NCBI RefSeq assembly: GCF_018350175.1
Contig: NC_058368.1
Span: 167,650,001 to 167,714,000, forward strand
Reading direction: 5' to 3'
DNA length: 64,000 nt
From: Felis catus
Taxonomy: Eukaryota
Made by a program: the position numbers and the translations under genes. The notes under the pieces were generated by a model. The model worked only from the letters and a program-made list of their open reading frames with translations, was not told the DNA's origin and made no database searches. Shown here piece after piece: positions 1-11,830 of the stretch (position 1 is the first letter of the stretch; each line of letters begins with the position of its first letter).

Positions 1-41
1 GATATTATGTTTTAATTTTCTTTCAAAGAATGTGTACATAC

Positions 42-57
42 CTCTCCACATCTGACC
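42..57 (-). other. Candidate 16-nt micro-exon (exon 2) containing an ATG (M-W-R-...) of an unidentified gene exiting the window leftwards
   Basis: Minus strand reads ttattgtttctcgttctaattAG|GGTCAGATGTGGAGAG|GTatgtac: pyrimidine-rich acceptor, strong GAG|GTATGT donor, ATG at 51-49. Confidence 0.45.
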
Positions 58-650
58 CTAATTAGAACGAGAAACAATAATTTCTGTTCCGTGACTGTGA
101 AAATTAACAGTAGTGGGATATTAAAAGGCATTTTTAGTTCCTTTGGCAAAATTTTCATTTTTTAATATACTGTAAATGTGTTCGGTAACAAAAATTAATT
201 TAGAACCACTGGCATATATTTCTGTATCATACATATCATTCTCACACAAAATGATTCCTGAATCCTTCCACAATATTTCATAACACCTATCTAGGACCCT
301 CCATGTAATTATGCTTGTATATATGTATATGTAAATACGTTTACGTACAAATACGCAGAGCAAATATGTTCATTTTTGAGCAGTCACAGCATTCCCCCCT
401 CCTCTTCCACCCCCAGGCTCCAAGAGGAAGGAGTCTTGCTGCTCAGACAGCTTCAGGCCTGGCCTTTTGTCGTGCTGATTAGAATCTGAGCTGAGCTGCT
501 GGATTTACATCTTAAAGGAAAAGGAGCCCTGGCCCCAGAAAAGGCTCCCAGAAAGGAGGAGGAGGAGAGAATTAAAGGCTTCCAAGAGGGAGTTGGGAAG
601 CAGAGTTTGGGGGAGTGGAGAGAGAGAGAAAGGAAAGAGAGAACAGTTAC

Positions 651-757
651 CTTGGTGAACGGCACTAAGTATTGAGATGTGAGATGAAATTGAAATACTG
701 GGCTATTGATAAGGGATGCGGTCCCGAGATTTTGCCAGTGAAGAGAGAAGGCAGACT
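651..757 (-). other. Candidate non-coding first exon
   Basis: Ends in CCAAG|GTAACT donor at 651/650; contains no minus-strand ATG; begins just downstream of a TATA box. The 5' end is approximate. Confidence 0.4.
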
Positions 758-781
758 GAAGCCTGGCTGAGGGTTATATAA
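750..781 (-). promoter_or_regulatory. TATA box (TATATAA, 780-774) with Inr-like TCAGTCT near 757
   Basis: Minus strand ggggatTATATAAccctcagccaggctTCAGTCTgcc. TATA-to-Inr spacing of ~23 nt is a little short. Confidence 0.4.
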
Positions 782-902
782 TCCCCTGGTGATTTTCTGA
801 GAGGCTGAAATGAGGATTTAAAATGCTTTTCATTAATTCTTGCCTATTCGACTGGTGTTTCTACTGGCTGTGTAACCACTGACACTGTGGTGAGAGCAGT
901 TC

Positions 903-1452
903 TGTTAAATTAATTAAACAAGGAGGCCGTTAGATGGATATGGTTCTAAAGCCCCAGCGGCCTACCAAAGCAACCAAGAACCTAAGCCTGTAAATGTCTC
1001 AAAGGAAATCAAAACGCTAAGGACAACTGATCACAACCAACCAACCAGACGTGAAGCTATAGCTAATCAAATAATTTCCTTTCTTTGCGTCTACAATTTC
1101 TTTTTTTTTTTTTTTAACGCTTATTTATTTATTTTGAGGGAGGGGACAGGCAGTGGGAGAGGGAGAGCAAGGATCCCCCACAGGCTCAGCGTGGTCTATA
1201 CAGAGCCCCATGGGAGCTTGAACCTATGAACTGAACTGCAAGATCATGACCTGAGAGAAACCAAGGTTCCCATGATTAACCAACTGAGCTCCCCAGGTGC
1301 CCCGCTTCTGTAATTTCTTTATAAATGTCTTTCCTGAGCTCCTGCCACAGGGTGCTTGCTCCTAACCACCTCTGGTTCGGCCCTGCCTCACTCCAATCGA
1401 TTTCTACTCAAACTCTTACAATTTTTAATATGCCTCAGTTTATCTTTTAACA
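903..1452 (+). mobile_element. Solo LTR, ERV1 class (MER34-like), interrupted by a SINE
   Basis: Termini TGTTAAA...TTTAACA; 4-bp TSD GTTC at 899-902 and 1453-1456. Confidence 0.8.
1101..1303 (-). mobile_element. Carnivore tRNA-derived SINE (CanSINE)
   Basis: Poly-T/TTTA tail then body ending ccaggtgcccc; degenerate TSD gcgtctacaatttc / gcttctgtaatttc. Confidence 0.9.
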
Positions 1453-2064
1453 GTTCAAAGCAGCCTGGCTTTCTCTGGGTTCCATGTATTACTTCAGCAA
1501 CTGTCCTGAAAGTGAAGTCTGTGGGTTCCTTTGTAGCACAGCTGCAGGTGTGGTGGTTTCTAGTGCCTTGCCCCAACATTTGCTCCATAAATGTGGGTTA
1601 AATGAAAAATCTGAGGGTCTGAGGATAGATTCGATGTTGCCATCTCCAAACACTAAATAGGCCCAGCAACCAACATATTGAATGTGTCTGTATGGCTCTA
1701 GGTAGTGATAAAGCACTAAGCCAAGCACGACTTCCGTCTTCAAGTTTGGGATGCCAAGAGCTGAAATAGACCTGGTTCACAAGTTTTGTTCAGGTTTTGT
1801 TCTGTTTTTCTTTCTTTTTTTTTTTTTTTTTAATATTCAAATATTCCTGGCAAGAAATACACACTCTCAGCTTAAATACACAAGCTCACGTTACTGCAGC
1901 CCATACCTCCTCCTGCCCCAGAATTGGGGCTGGGGGAACAGTGGAAACAGGGGGGAAATGTCCTAGCTTCAGGGTGCTCTCTCCATCTTGTCAGCATAGG
2001 CAAATACTGGGGAGAGGGAGGAGAAGGTATGGTCACCTACAAGCCTGGGAAAAAATGTTGCGTT

Positions 2065-2258
2065 CCGGGTTGGTAGCACATTAGAATCACCACGCAGCTT
2101 TAAAAAAACAAAAAACAAAAAAACAAAAAAAAAACAAAAACAAAAAAAAACACCCTTGTTTAGGCCCAACCCATAATAATTAAAATTGAATTTCTGGGCA
2201 TCTGTAATTTTTTTTTAAGTCCCTGGGTGATTCTGAAGCTTAGAGATAAGAAGCACTC
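2065..2258. mobile_element. MER5-like hAT-Charlie MITE, degraded, with A-rich expansion
   Basis: cacattagaatcacc ... ccctgggtgattctga ... agaagcact motifs. Confidence 0.6.
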
Positions 2259-3636
2259 TCTCCTTCATCCTAACCAAGCTTGAGTCTCCACTTTCTACAT
2301 CCCAACACTGTAGGTTCAGTCATGGGCCTAGTAGTCAGTAGCCTGGGGCCCTGAAGCTGAAGGGAGGTTCCTTACTTCCTCTCAGATTTTGCCGGTATCT
2401 TGGAAAATTTTCCAATAGTTTCCTCATTCACTCTTGGAAGAGCCTAGATTTGGATGGTGAATTATATGGTCCCTCTACACTTATTGGACAGGAAAAGCCC
2501 AGCCCAGGTAGTATTTCCTGAGAACCCTTCCAGCAACAATTCGAATGTTCTTTTAGTCTCTTCCTTCCTCAAATGTCTTTCTTTCCAGTCCTTTCTTTCT
2601 CTTGCATCAGATAAGGCTTAAACACCCTCCAAACAATACATTTCCTCATTTCCCACCCCCCCCCTTCTAGCCCCAAGAATTTTTTCACCTTCACCTTCAC
2701 CTTCACATTTGTAGACTACAGCTTAAAGATTTTATCTTGTTTGTCCTATTTGGGGGCAAGGAGAGAGGGAAGTAACCCCATGTTCTGTCAGACCACCCCT
2801 TGCTTTTCTCCAGACCTTGAATGACTAGAAAGAAATGTCTATCAAACACCATGCTCCCAAAGAAATGGAAACTCACTAACACATGAACCTCGGACTACTA
2901 CAGATAGAAGAATGAGGGGCCCCATGGGTCTTCTAGATTCATCCAAATCACAGACTTTGCACAAAGGAACACAGAGGCCAGAAACTGTCCTCTTCCTACA
3001 TCTTCACTATCCTGACCTTTCTTCTGGCTTGACCCCACACTTTGAATCATAATGCCATATCCGATACTCCTTGGATTTTGGTCATAAGCTTGCTTTTCCC
3101 TCTACCTTTGCTTTGCTTGTGTCCTAATTTTTGCACATTATAATCCTCCCTCCTTGGACCGACTCCTAGAGCTCTTCCTGGATTCTATATCCTGGATTCT
3201 GTTTCTAATTCTAGTGATTCCTCAAGAACACGGGCCAGGACTAGAAGCTACCGCTTGTGGCAAAGATGATACACAGTCCAATTTAATGACAAAGAGCTTC
3301 TGATGTAGCCATAAAGTCCTTGATTTTTCTTCATGTTTACTACCTGGATTGCCCTCTTCTCACCAAAGTCCAGAAGATTTCTTGGCAGGGCCTGATCCGA
3401 GGAAGTGAATCTGTTTTCAGTCTCAGGTACAGTTCGTTTCATGACCCTCCCTTCTCCTTCCATTCAGTCACAGCTCAAGCTCTGCATTCTCTTCATCACA
3501 TTTCCTAGCACCCTCCTGAACTGCCTCAGCTCTCCATCTTCCTTCGAATATGAGTTGCTAAATTGGTTGATGAGCCAAAGACTGGGTTCTACTAACCACC
3601 AAATGTTTGTACCTGCAGAACTCATTTGTAATGGAG

Positions 3637-3975
3637 CAGGGGTTGCAAATTCAAAGGACGCTGGGGGCAGCCTGGCTGGGTGACTGAGTGAAGCAAGCTG
3701 GGCAGGAATAGAGCAAGCTGGCGTGAGCCTGCCCTGGCAAAAGTGTCCAGCTGCCGTTCTCCTGCAGTGAACTATTGCCATGGAGGAATACTGGTCCCAA
3801 ATGCTCTTTTCTTTTTTCAAGAAAAAAGAGATATCCAGATTCTTGCGAGCAGTCTGTTCATTTCTTAAATATTGACAACTGATTTTTAAAAATCTAAATT
3901 AAATTCTATCCTGGCTGAACAGAACTCATCTGTGCCTAGGATCTAGTTCTCTGACTGCAGGCTTACAATGGCTTT
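3637..3975 (+). mobile_element. MER102-like hAT DNA transposon
   Basis: Starts caggggttgcaaattcaaa; internal tattgccatggaggaatactggtccc and ttttcaagaaaaa...tccagatt resemble the recalled consensus. Confidence 0.65.
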
Positions 3976-4618
3976 TCTGGTGTATTCTCAGATAAACTTT
4001 TGCATAATGTGATTTTAAGAGGGAAAAATCATCTAAGTCAACCCAACATGAAATTAAAGGGTGTGAAATTGTAAAGGATATCCTGGAAATCTACAGATGC
4101 TGGTGTTTATGCATAAAAACAACAGTTGCAACAACAGGAATTCCTATTAGGTGACAAATGGCCACTTAAGAACATCTTTTAATGAAAGGAGATTTTAAAC
4201 ATTCTATAAGAGGTCCACTGTGCATGCTTTTGTGCCTGAACACTTCATTTTTCATAAACAAAAAGCCTCTAATTGTCTTCCATTTTAAAACATCTTCGTC
4301 AGCAAAGATATTAAGGAGGTAGTTAGAGGGGAAAATAATGACACTATAAAAGTTGGCAGTAGAATCAGTTAATCTCTTGTCCCTTATGACAGTTTGCATT
4401 TTGAGTGACAACTAAGGTTTTCTACTTTACAAATGTGGTTGCTTTATTTTTGAGCAAGGTAATAATAAAAAAAAACATTATTTTCCACTATTACTGGACA
4501 TTAACTTTTTAAAAAGTCAAGATGTAATGTTTTAATATTTCAACAAATGCAATACTTTGAAATGCAAAGTATTTCAACCTGGAATGGCAAAAATGGCTGT
4601 GTGACTAAAACTCTGAAG

Positions 4619-4843
4619 CATAATTTCTCAGCCTCAGTACTACTGACATTTAGCGTCAATTAATCTTTTGATGTGGAAGGCTGCCCTGTGCACTGCAGGC
4701 TTCTTAGCAGCATCCCTGGCCTCCACCTCCTAGATGCCAGCAGTACCCTCCCCAGCCCCCGTCTGAAACAATCAAAAAGTATCTCTATAGATATTGTTAG
4801 ATATCTCCTGGGGACCAAATTTGCCCCCACTTGAGAACCATTG
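4619..4843 (+). mobile_element. MER20 hAT-Charlie MITE
   Basis: tactactgacatt...ctgccctgtgcactgcagg...agcagcatccctggcctccac...ttgagaaccattg. Confidence 0.85.
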
Positions 4844-5769
4844 CTCTAGACGAAATTCTGTACATCACAACTTGGATTTTGATTCTCCAAAAAAGTCTTA
4901 CAATGGTCTTCACACAACTGGAAAGAGTGGGAAAAGTATCAGTGCTGACTTCATGTAAGTCCTCAAGGGGACCGTAGAGGTTGGGGAGGGAAGTCTTTGA
5001 GACAAGAGCAGTGAGTCTATATTGACAAGAAAGTTGCTCTGGGGGGCAAACTGGGTCAGCCCTGGATGTGAAATCCACTCTTTTCCTTGACAATAATGCC
5101 TCCACAAGCAGGAACCTAATAGAGATCTATTAGGCTAGTCAGCAACATCTGGTAGATTCCAAACTACAGATGGGGAACTCCAGCCTTCCTCTGGCCAAGT
5201 CTGAGGTGAAATTTCAACATTGTGAAAGATGGGTTGATACCGAATGGTTAGACATTTAATAGGGAATTCTTTTTTTTTTTTTTTTTTCCATTTTGGAAAG
5301 AAAACATTTTTCCAGAAAAACATGAAAGGTTATAATAGTGGTTTGAAATCAGTAACTTTCAATTTTTCTTTGTGGTTATGGAAGAAATCATCAATTCCAT
5401 TTCTCAATAGAACCTTACAAACACAGTAGGCCAAATGCCAGAGCAGAAATTAAATGGCTATGCGATCCTCGAGGGAAGACATACTTTAACTATGAAGTAT
5501 TCACACCAAACCTTGAGAACAGTATACGAAAGAGAATGAGCTAGAGTATGTGGTGTTCACATTTGCTGTTTTGACGGCGCTGTTTGTCAAAATAACTACA
5601 ATTTTCAAAGAAAAGACTGCTTAATTTTTACTCTATTGCTTTTCTGTCTGGTAGGACCTATAACTTTTTGGTTGAGTTTCAGTTTACTTAACTTGTTTCA
5701 CCAGTTAAATATTTCAAAATGGTATCTTCTAGTCTTCTTTTTATATTTTGTTAGCTTAAAATCTGTTTC

Positions 5770-6036
5770 GATGATACTGTGATGATGGACACGTGTCATT
5801 TTGCCAAAACCCATGGAAGGTACAATACAGAGAATGAACACTAATGTAAGCTATAGACTCTAACAATAATGTGTCAATACTGACTCATCAATAACATATG
5901 TATTACACTAATGCAAGATGTTAATGATTGGGGAATCTGGGACAGGAGTGTGAGTGGGGGCGGTTATAGGTGAAATTTCTACTCGTTGCCCCTATAAACG
6001 TTAAACTTCTCTAAAAAATAAAGTCTATTAATTTTT
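5770..6036 (+). mobile_element. Old L1 (L1MC-like) 3' UTR fragment
   Basis: atggacacgtgtcattttgccaaaacccat...aaaataaagtctatt. Confidence 0.75.
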
Positions 6037-6114
6037 AGAAGCCCATTTAATACATTTTATAATAAAAAGCCCAACAACATTACAATTCTGTAAGTATCTT
6101 TTAATTAGGCCTTT

Positions 6115-7314
6115 AAAAAATATAATATATATAATTTTATTACAAATTTTTTTTTTTTTAATGTAGGGGCACCTGGGTGGTTAGTTGAAGGTCTGACTCT
6201 TGATTTGGGCTCAGGTCACGATCCTAGGCTTGTGGGATCAAGCCCTATGTTGGGCTCTGTGCTGAGTATGGAGCCTGCTTAAGATTCTGTCTCTGTGCCC
6301 ACTGCCCCCACCCCCCGCCTCAAATTAAAAAAAAAAAAAAATTAAACCACAAAATGCAACATCCTAAAAAAAAAATCCAAATTTACTATTGATATTAATT
6401 CCTACAAGTTTGCTGTGCTACAACACACAAGTCAAGAAATTAATAAAATCTGTATGGTTTTTATACCGAAGCTAATATTGAGCCACACTGGAATTCACAT
6501 TCTTAGCAAAACAGTTCCCTGAGCACACACTCCACACCTATCATTACAGGATAGTCATTTATTCTTCATCTTCTTCCTCATCCTCTTCATCTTCTTCCTC
6601 CTCTTCCTCCTCATCCTCTGGTTCATTTTTCTTTGAACCTATTGGTCTGCTAAGGCCCCTCTTTCCTGTTTCACTTTTGCCCTTGGCACGAAATGCAGCA
6701 ATTTCCTTTTCATATTTCTCCTTTAGCTTTAGCTGCTTTCAGGTCATATAGTTGCTTACCTTCTTTGGCTGACTGTTCAGACCACATTACACCCCATTTT
6801 TTTGCAGTATCCCCAATGGATAAAACACAGTGTTCACTTTTGATCTTTGGATGATGTTCAGAACAAAACAATAAGAAAGCAGACGGAGACCTTTTAGGAG
6901 CATTGGGATCTTCTTTCTTTCCTTTCTTGTCACCTTTTGGGAGAAACACAATTTTTCATCTGTGAGCGAGCTTTGTCCCTTTTTACCATACCTTCAAATT
7001 TCGACTTTTCCTTTGCAGACATGGTCTTCCATCTCTCTGAACATTTCTTGGAGAATTTGGTGAGATTGATAGAAGAGTCTGGATGTTTCTTCCTGTGCTC
7101 TTCCCGGTAGATCTGTATGAAAAAGGCATCTGAGGACATCATGTCCAGCAGCTTGTTGGGGTCTCCTTTACCTATGGTGACAGACAGCATCTACCAGGTG
7201 GTGGCTTTTCCCGTGGAGGGGCAGGGTCCACAGAGGCTCTGGTTTATCACTAATGCCATCCTCAGCCTCTTGTTTGGCAGAGTTCTCCAAGTCCTGCCAT
7301 GGACCACACCCCCC
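6115..7314 (-). pseudogene. HMGB2: Processed pseudogene of HMGB2 (5' UTR, CDS remnant 7175-6559, 3' UTR)
   Basis: Translates [38 protein letters not shown] and [29 protein letters not shown], plus acidic tail and TAA. Intronless; start codon is ATA; frameshifts near 6935 and 6728; AATAAA at 6141-6136; TSD ttaattaggccttt (6101-6114) / ttaattaggacttt (7315-7328). Confidence 0.95.
6166..6343 (+). mobile_element. CanSINE inserted in the 3' UTR of the HMGB2 retrocopy
   Basis: ggggcacctgggtgg head and A-tail; HMGB2 UTR-like sequence continues on both sides. Confidence 0.9.
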
Positions 7315-8119
7315 TTAATTAGGACTTTTGAAAATTTATCTGAGCCCCGCTTATTCACTGCTACAAGATGATTGTTCAAGATGAAGTAGAGAGAGGAAAA
7401 AGTTTTTCTTCCTTGTCCAAGCCTGGCCACAGAGCGCTCTAATTCCAGCTCGTGGAAAATACTATTTGAGCATTGTGAACAGTGGGCCTCAAACTGAATT
7501 ATATTTAAACATCTTCTTCATCTTGGTAATTTCATGTGCTTTTATGTTTTCTTCTCACAAAGTCACTTTTAAAGTAAAATCCACTCAGAATTGTTTATAA
7601 TGCATTTTACACGATAAGCTAAATTTGTTTCCAATTAACAGCATATAATATTGGCTAGGGAAACTGTAAGTAATGAGGAATCAGAGAGCTTTTTCATGGA
7701 CTTTATCCATGTAACAGCAAACAAGTCATTGTGCTAAAATATATAGTAAACACGTTTTATCAGTGGCATTCTATTCACCCTGTCATAAAAATTATTGGTT
7801 CCAGTTTTAGTCTCTGCCATAATGGGAGATTTTTCAACATGGAAGTCTCTTGGATGATTGTGAGAGGGACGCTCACTAGTCACAGGGGGGCCCAGAGCAG
7901 AGCTTCATACCAGATGCTCTGAAGGAAGAGGGCGATCTAAAGAAAATCTTAATAATCCTGTATTCAGAGGATATAGAGTCTAGTTGGAAGGTAAGAACTT
8001 ACATTTATCACAAACATTAAGAATATACCCAACGCAGCTAAGGGTAAATGCAACTGAACTCAAGAGTAAGCTAGAGTAAGCCAAAAAGTGTCAAATTCTT
8101 AGTGTTAGGAGGCACAGAA

Positions 8120-8745
8120 CAAAGTGGTAAACTCACAGACTCTGGACTGCTAAAGACTAGGGTTCTCTCCACGTTGTGGAAGCCTGGGCATGTTACTTCA
8201 CCTCTGTGGCTTTCAAATCCTGTATCTGTGGAGCAAAGCAAGGTGATGTCATGTCTTTAGGAGGTAGATCCATGGTAAGTATGTAATAAGTGGTGGTTTT
8301 ATCATCATAGTTAGGACAATGAATAAGGATAACAATGTCATGTACCCTGAAGAAGGTACATGTTTCCAAGAAGGCGAGATATAGCTCTGTGGAAAGTAAA
8401 GAGATTTGATTTCAAGGTAAAAGTGTATATTTCCAAAGCAGTAGGAAGGAACAAGTCACAATTTGAGGTAAGACTAAGAAAGGGACATTCCTTTGGGGGA
8501 TTTATATGAAATAAAATCAATGCAGTGTTGACACCATTTAGGAAATAATATCTGAAGGTTCAGTAGAGGAGAGCAAAATGTAGAGAGAATCAGTTCAGGA
8601 GTCAGAAGACCTGTGTTCTAGACTAAGTTTTACTTTAAAGTCTTAATTCCTCTCCTGATTAACTCTGTGACTCTGGGCAGACCAAACCCTCTCTGGGATT
8701 TCAGTGTTCATCGGTGAAATTGGATGTGTGGTCTCTGAGGGTCAC
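8120..8745 (+). mobile_element. Two degraded MIR fragments (~8120-8300 and ~8597-8745)
   Basis: gggcatgttacttcacctctgtg; gagtcagaagacctgtgttctag...ctgtgactctgggcag core motifs. Confidence 0.55.
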
Positions 8746-9189
8746 TCAAGACCTATGGCAAATAAGAGTTTAAGTTCTTGGGCATAAACGTGACATGATT
8801 AAACCAGGAAAACAGCTGCTCCTCAAGCTCTTTGTAGTATGTATCAGAATGGGAAACAGGCAGAGGAGGACTAAGATAGACAAAGAGGTACATTTACAAA
8901 GCCAGTCTCACAACAGAACACCAGGAAGGACTGAATGAATCTGTTAAGTTGGTGCAGGAATGGATATTAAGAGGCCCATGAGTTGGGAGAATGAAAATGG
9001 CATGAAAATTACTGAAATCAAGAGATAGTAGTTATTTGTAGAAGAAAGAGAACATAATAAGCTTATTTTTCAAAGAAGTTAAGTGTCAGGACATGGCAGG
9101 ATATCATTAATATTGAATAATGAGCAATAAATTAGATTTAGTGATTTGATATAAGAATAGATTATATTACACATTTTAATTACCACTTT

Positions 9190-10442
9190 ATCATTTTAAA
9201 GATTTTCTAAAAACTGATTATGAAATTCATATAAGTGCACAAAAGTCCAAAGATAGCAAAGACAAATTTGAAGAAGAAGAAAGAAACAAAGATTTGCTCC
9301 ATCAGCTATCATGATTAATGTAGCACTATATCAACTAAAATAATGTGTTGTTAGGGGTGCCTGGGTGGCTCAGTCAGATGAGCTCTTGGTTTCAAAACTC
9401 TTGATTTCGACTCAGGTCATGATCTCAGGGTTTAAGCCCCTAGTCAGGGTCTGTGCTGGTAGGTTGGAGCCTGCTTGGGATCCTCTTTCTCTTCCTCTCT
9501 GCCCCACCCTGCCCCCCCACCCCCCACTCTCATGTGCACGTTCTCTCTCTTCCAAAATAAATAAATACATTTTAAAAAAATGTGGTGTTAGGGGAAGAGC
9601 AACATCTCAATGAATGGAAAAGAAGCCAGACTATCAAAGAATGGAAACACCTAATCTTACATCAGACTTCAGTGCATGCAGAGGTGACCTTAAAAACCAG
9701 CAAGCATTGTAAGTAGCTTCACCATCCATATGGAAAACCATAAAACTACCTCTCATACTTCAAAAAAAATTCTAAGTGAATTCAAGACATAAATGTGAAC
9801 ACAATAAATACCTTTTTATCATTTGTAGAGGGAAGGAGTTCTGAAACCAAGCTCAGAAAGTAAAAAGCATAAAGGAAAAGACCGATTAATTTGACTGTTA
9901 TTGTTGATAAGGTTATAAATTTGGAGAGCAATCTGGTAGCATCTAGGAAAGCTGAAGATGCATGTGTTTTAGACCCAGAAACTCCAATTTTGTTATAAAC
10001 TTCAAAGAAACTTGAAGAGTTGTACATAAGAAGGCGTGCTGTGGAGTCTATAGTAGTGGAAGATTGGAAGCCACATACATACATATTAGAGGGATGGATA
10101 AGTAAATAATGATGGAACTCCCATACCTGTTAAATTTATCTAAACCTAGATCTACATGCATCAATATGGATAGAACTTAAAATACTACACATCAATTATG
10201 GATTCATATACATGTAGTAAAATTATAGATAATAGATGGGCAGGGTGTATTCCTACTTCAGGATAGGAGTTATTTTGGAGAGAGGAGAAGGGAAATAACA
10301 ACAGGGAGGGGAGTTAAACATTCTTCAACTGTATGTATCTGTGTATTTTTTTAACAATAAAGAAAATCTGAGTGATGAGTAATGAATATTTATTATATTA
10401 CTACTTATATCTTTCTGTATGTTTGAAATATTTCAGAATAAA
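9190..10442 (+). mobile_element. Ancient L1 (L1ME-like) ORF2/3' fragments
   Basis: ctgattatgaaattcatat, accatccatatggaaa, gacccagaaactccaatt, ctgtatgtttgaaatatttc. Confidence 0.65.
9354..9577 (+). mobile_element. CanSINE
   Basis: ggggtgcctgggtggctcag head; TSD-like aatgtgttgtta / aatgtggtgtta. Confidence 0.9.
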
Positions 10443-11594
10443 GAACGGGTGTTAGTAAGGTACAGTGGGAAATTTTTATCACTCTATAATTCAAATATTC
10501 CCTACGTATAAGTGTTTGAATTTTAAGAAATTATAATTACTGTCTTGGGAATGTTTGGAATTTTTACTTCAAATTTTCAGAGCTTTGGGTTTGTTTTGGT
10601 TTTGATTTTGGTTTTTTGATTTTGGTTTTAGGTCTCTATTTCTTAAATTGTTGAATAAAACTTACATGGGAATGAAATGCCATAAAACACTGATAGCTCT
10701 ATCCCAAAAGCATTCTTGGCTTATAAAGATTCATTGCATGGCTCCACTTTAATTTTGGCCATTAATTAAATAATCAGAGGCCACTACCAATTGAAAGTAT
10801 GAGTGAGTTAATAAAATATTCAATTCACTAAAATTTACTTTCTAATACATTTCAAACATGGAAGTGTGTGTAAAACGAGGTATACCTGTAAATTCCAAAG
10901 TGTAACTCAGGCTCCTGGGACTATAGACCCCTTTGATCTTGTCACAAATTGGCTCCTGGAAACCAGAGGCCTCCTGGACTCAAGTCTCCAGGGACCTTAC
11001 CCCTGAAGCATCTCAAAACAAATAAAGTGGCTGAGACAGATGCTGGACCCAGACAGAATGGCAACCATTTGACAAAATTAACCCCCAAACGATGTGAACA
11101 GACAATTCTCCACATGTAATTATGGCTTTTGTTATTTTTCCCCCATGAAAGCATTCTATTGCTTTGGCTTAAATGCCACAGATAGAGATATTCAGCCTTG
11201 GCTGGCAATATTTCTGATCCATATTTCAATAGATTATCCTGAATTGGCCTCCTGGAAGCATTTATGCTGACCAGTTTTGAAAACCTCTCTGTCAGCCCTT
11301 ACCCTTACCTGCTAACGCCCAGCTCTAATGGATGAAAGCAGGGGGTGATGATAATCACTGTCTGCCCAGCCCTGAGTGCAGTGCCTGAGTCTGCAAAACA
11401 GCCTGTCTGGAGGGGAAAAAAAAAAAAAAAGGAAATAAAGAGTGTAATTCAATGAATACTTGGGAATCAAGTTTGAGGGTCTCTTTTTCCTTTTAAGGGA
11501 GTAGTGATATCAGAACCAGGATTATGAAAAAGAAAGAGTTAGTAAAAATAGGATCTTTGTGAATTAGAATAGCAAGGCCATTTCAAATTGAATT

Positions 11595-11830
11595 ACACAG
11601 GATCATGGCAATTAGAATTGAAAAAGATCTCTCAGTCTTTCTCTGTCAAAGCATGATTACTCCCAATGGTATATTCTCCCGAGCTTAGTCTAGTCCAATT
11701 TTAAATGATTCAAGTGATGGAGGCTTCTCGACTTCTCCTGGGATATCATTTCACAGTCTAAAATAGCTAACTACTAGGGGAGGCCCCCTATATATATTTT
11801 TTGCCTTATTTCCATTATTCTGCTTTGTAT
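11595..11830 (-). mobile_element. L3/CR1 LINE 3' fragment
   Basis: ttcaagtgatggaggcttctcgacttctcctgggatatcatttcacagtcta is typical of antisense L3. Confidence 0.6.

Noticed and set aside
3248..3820. Cluster of overlapping ORFs, up to 118 aa
   Set aside because: No recognisable homology; partly within a MER102-like transposon
5569..5593. Small hairpin ttttgac...gtcaaaa
   Set aside because: A 7-bp stem is expected by chance; no ncRNA family features
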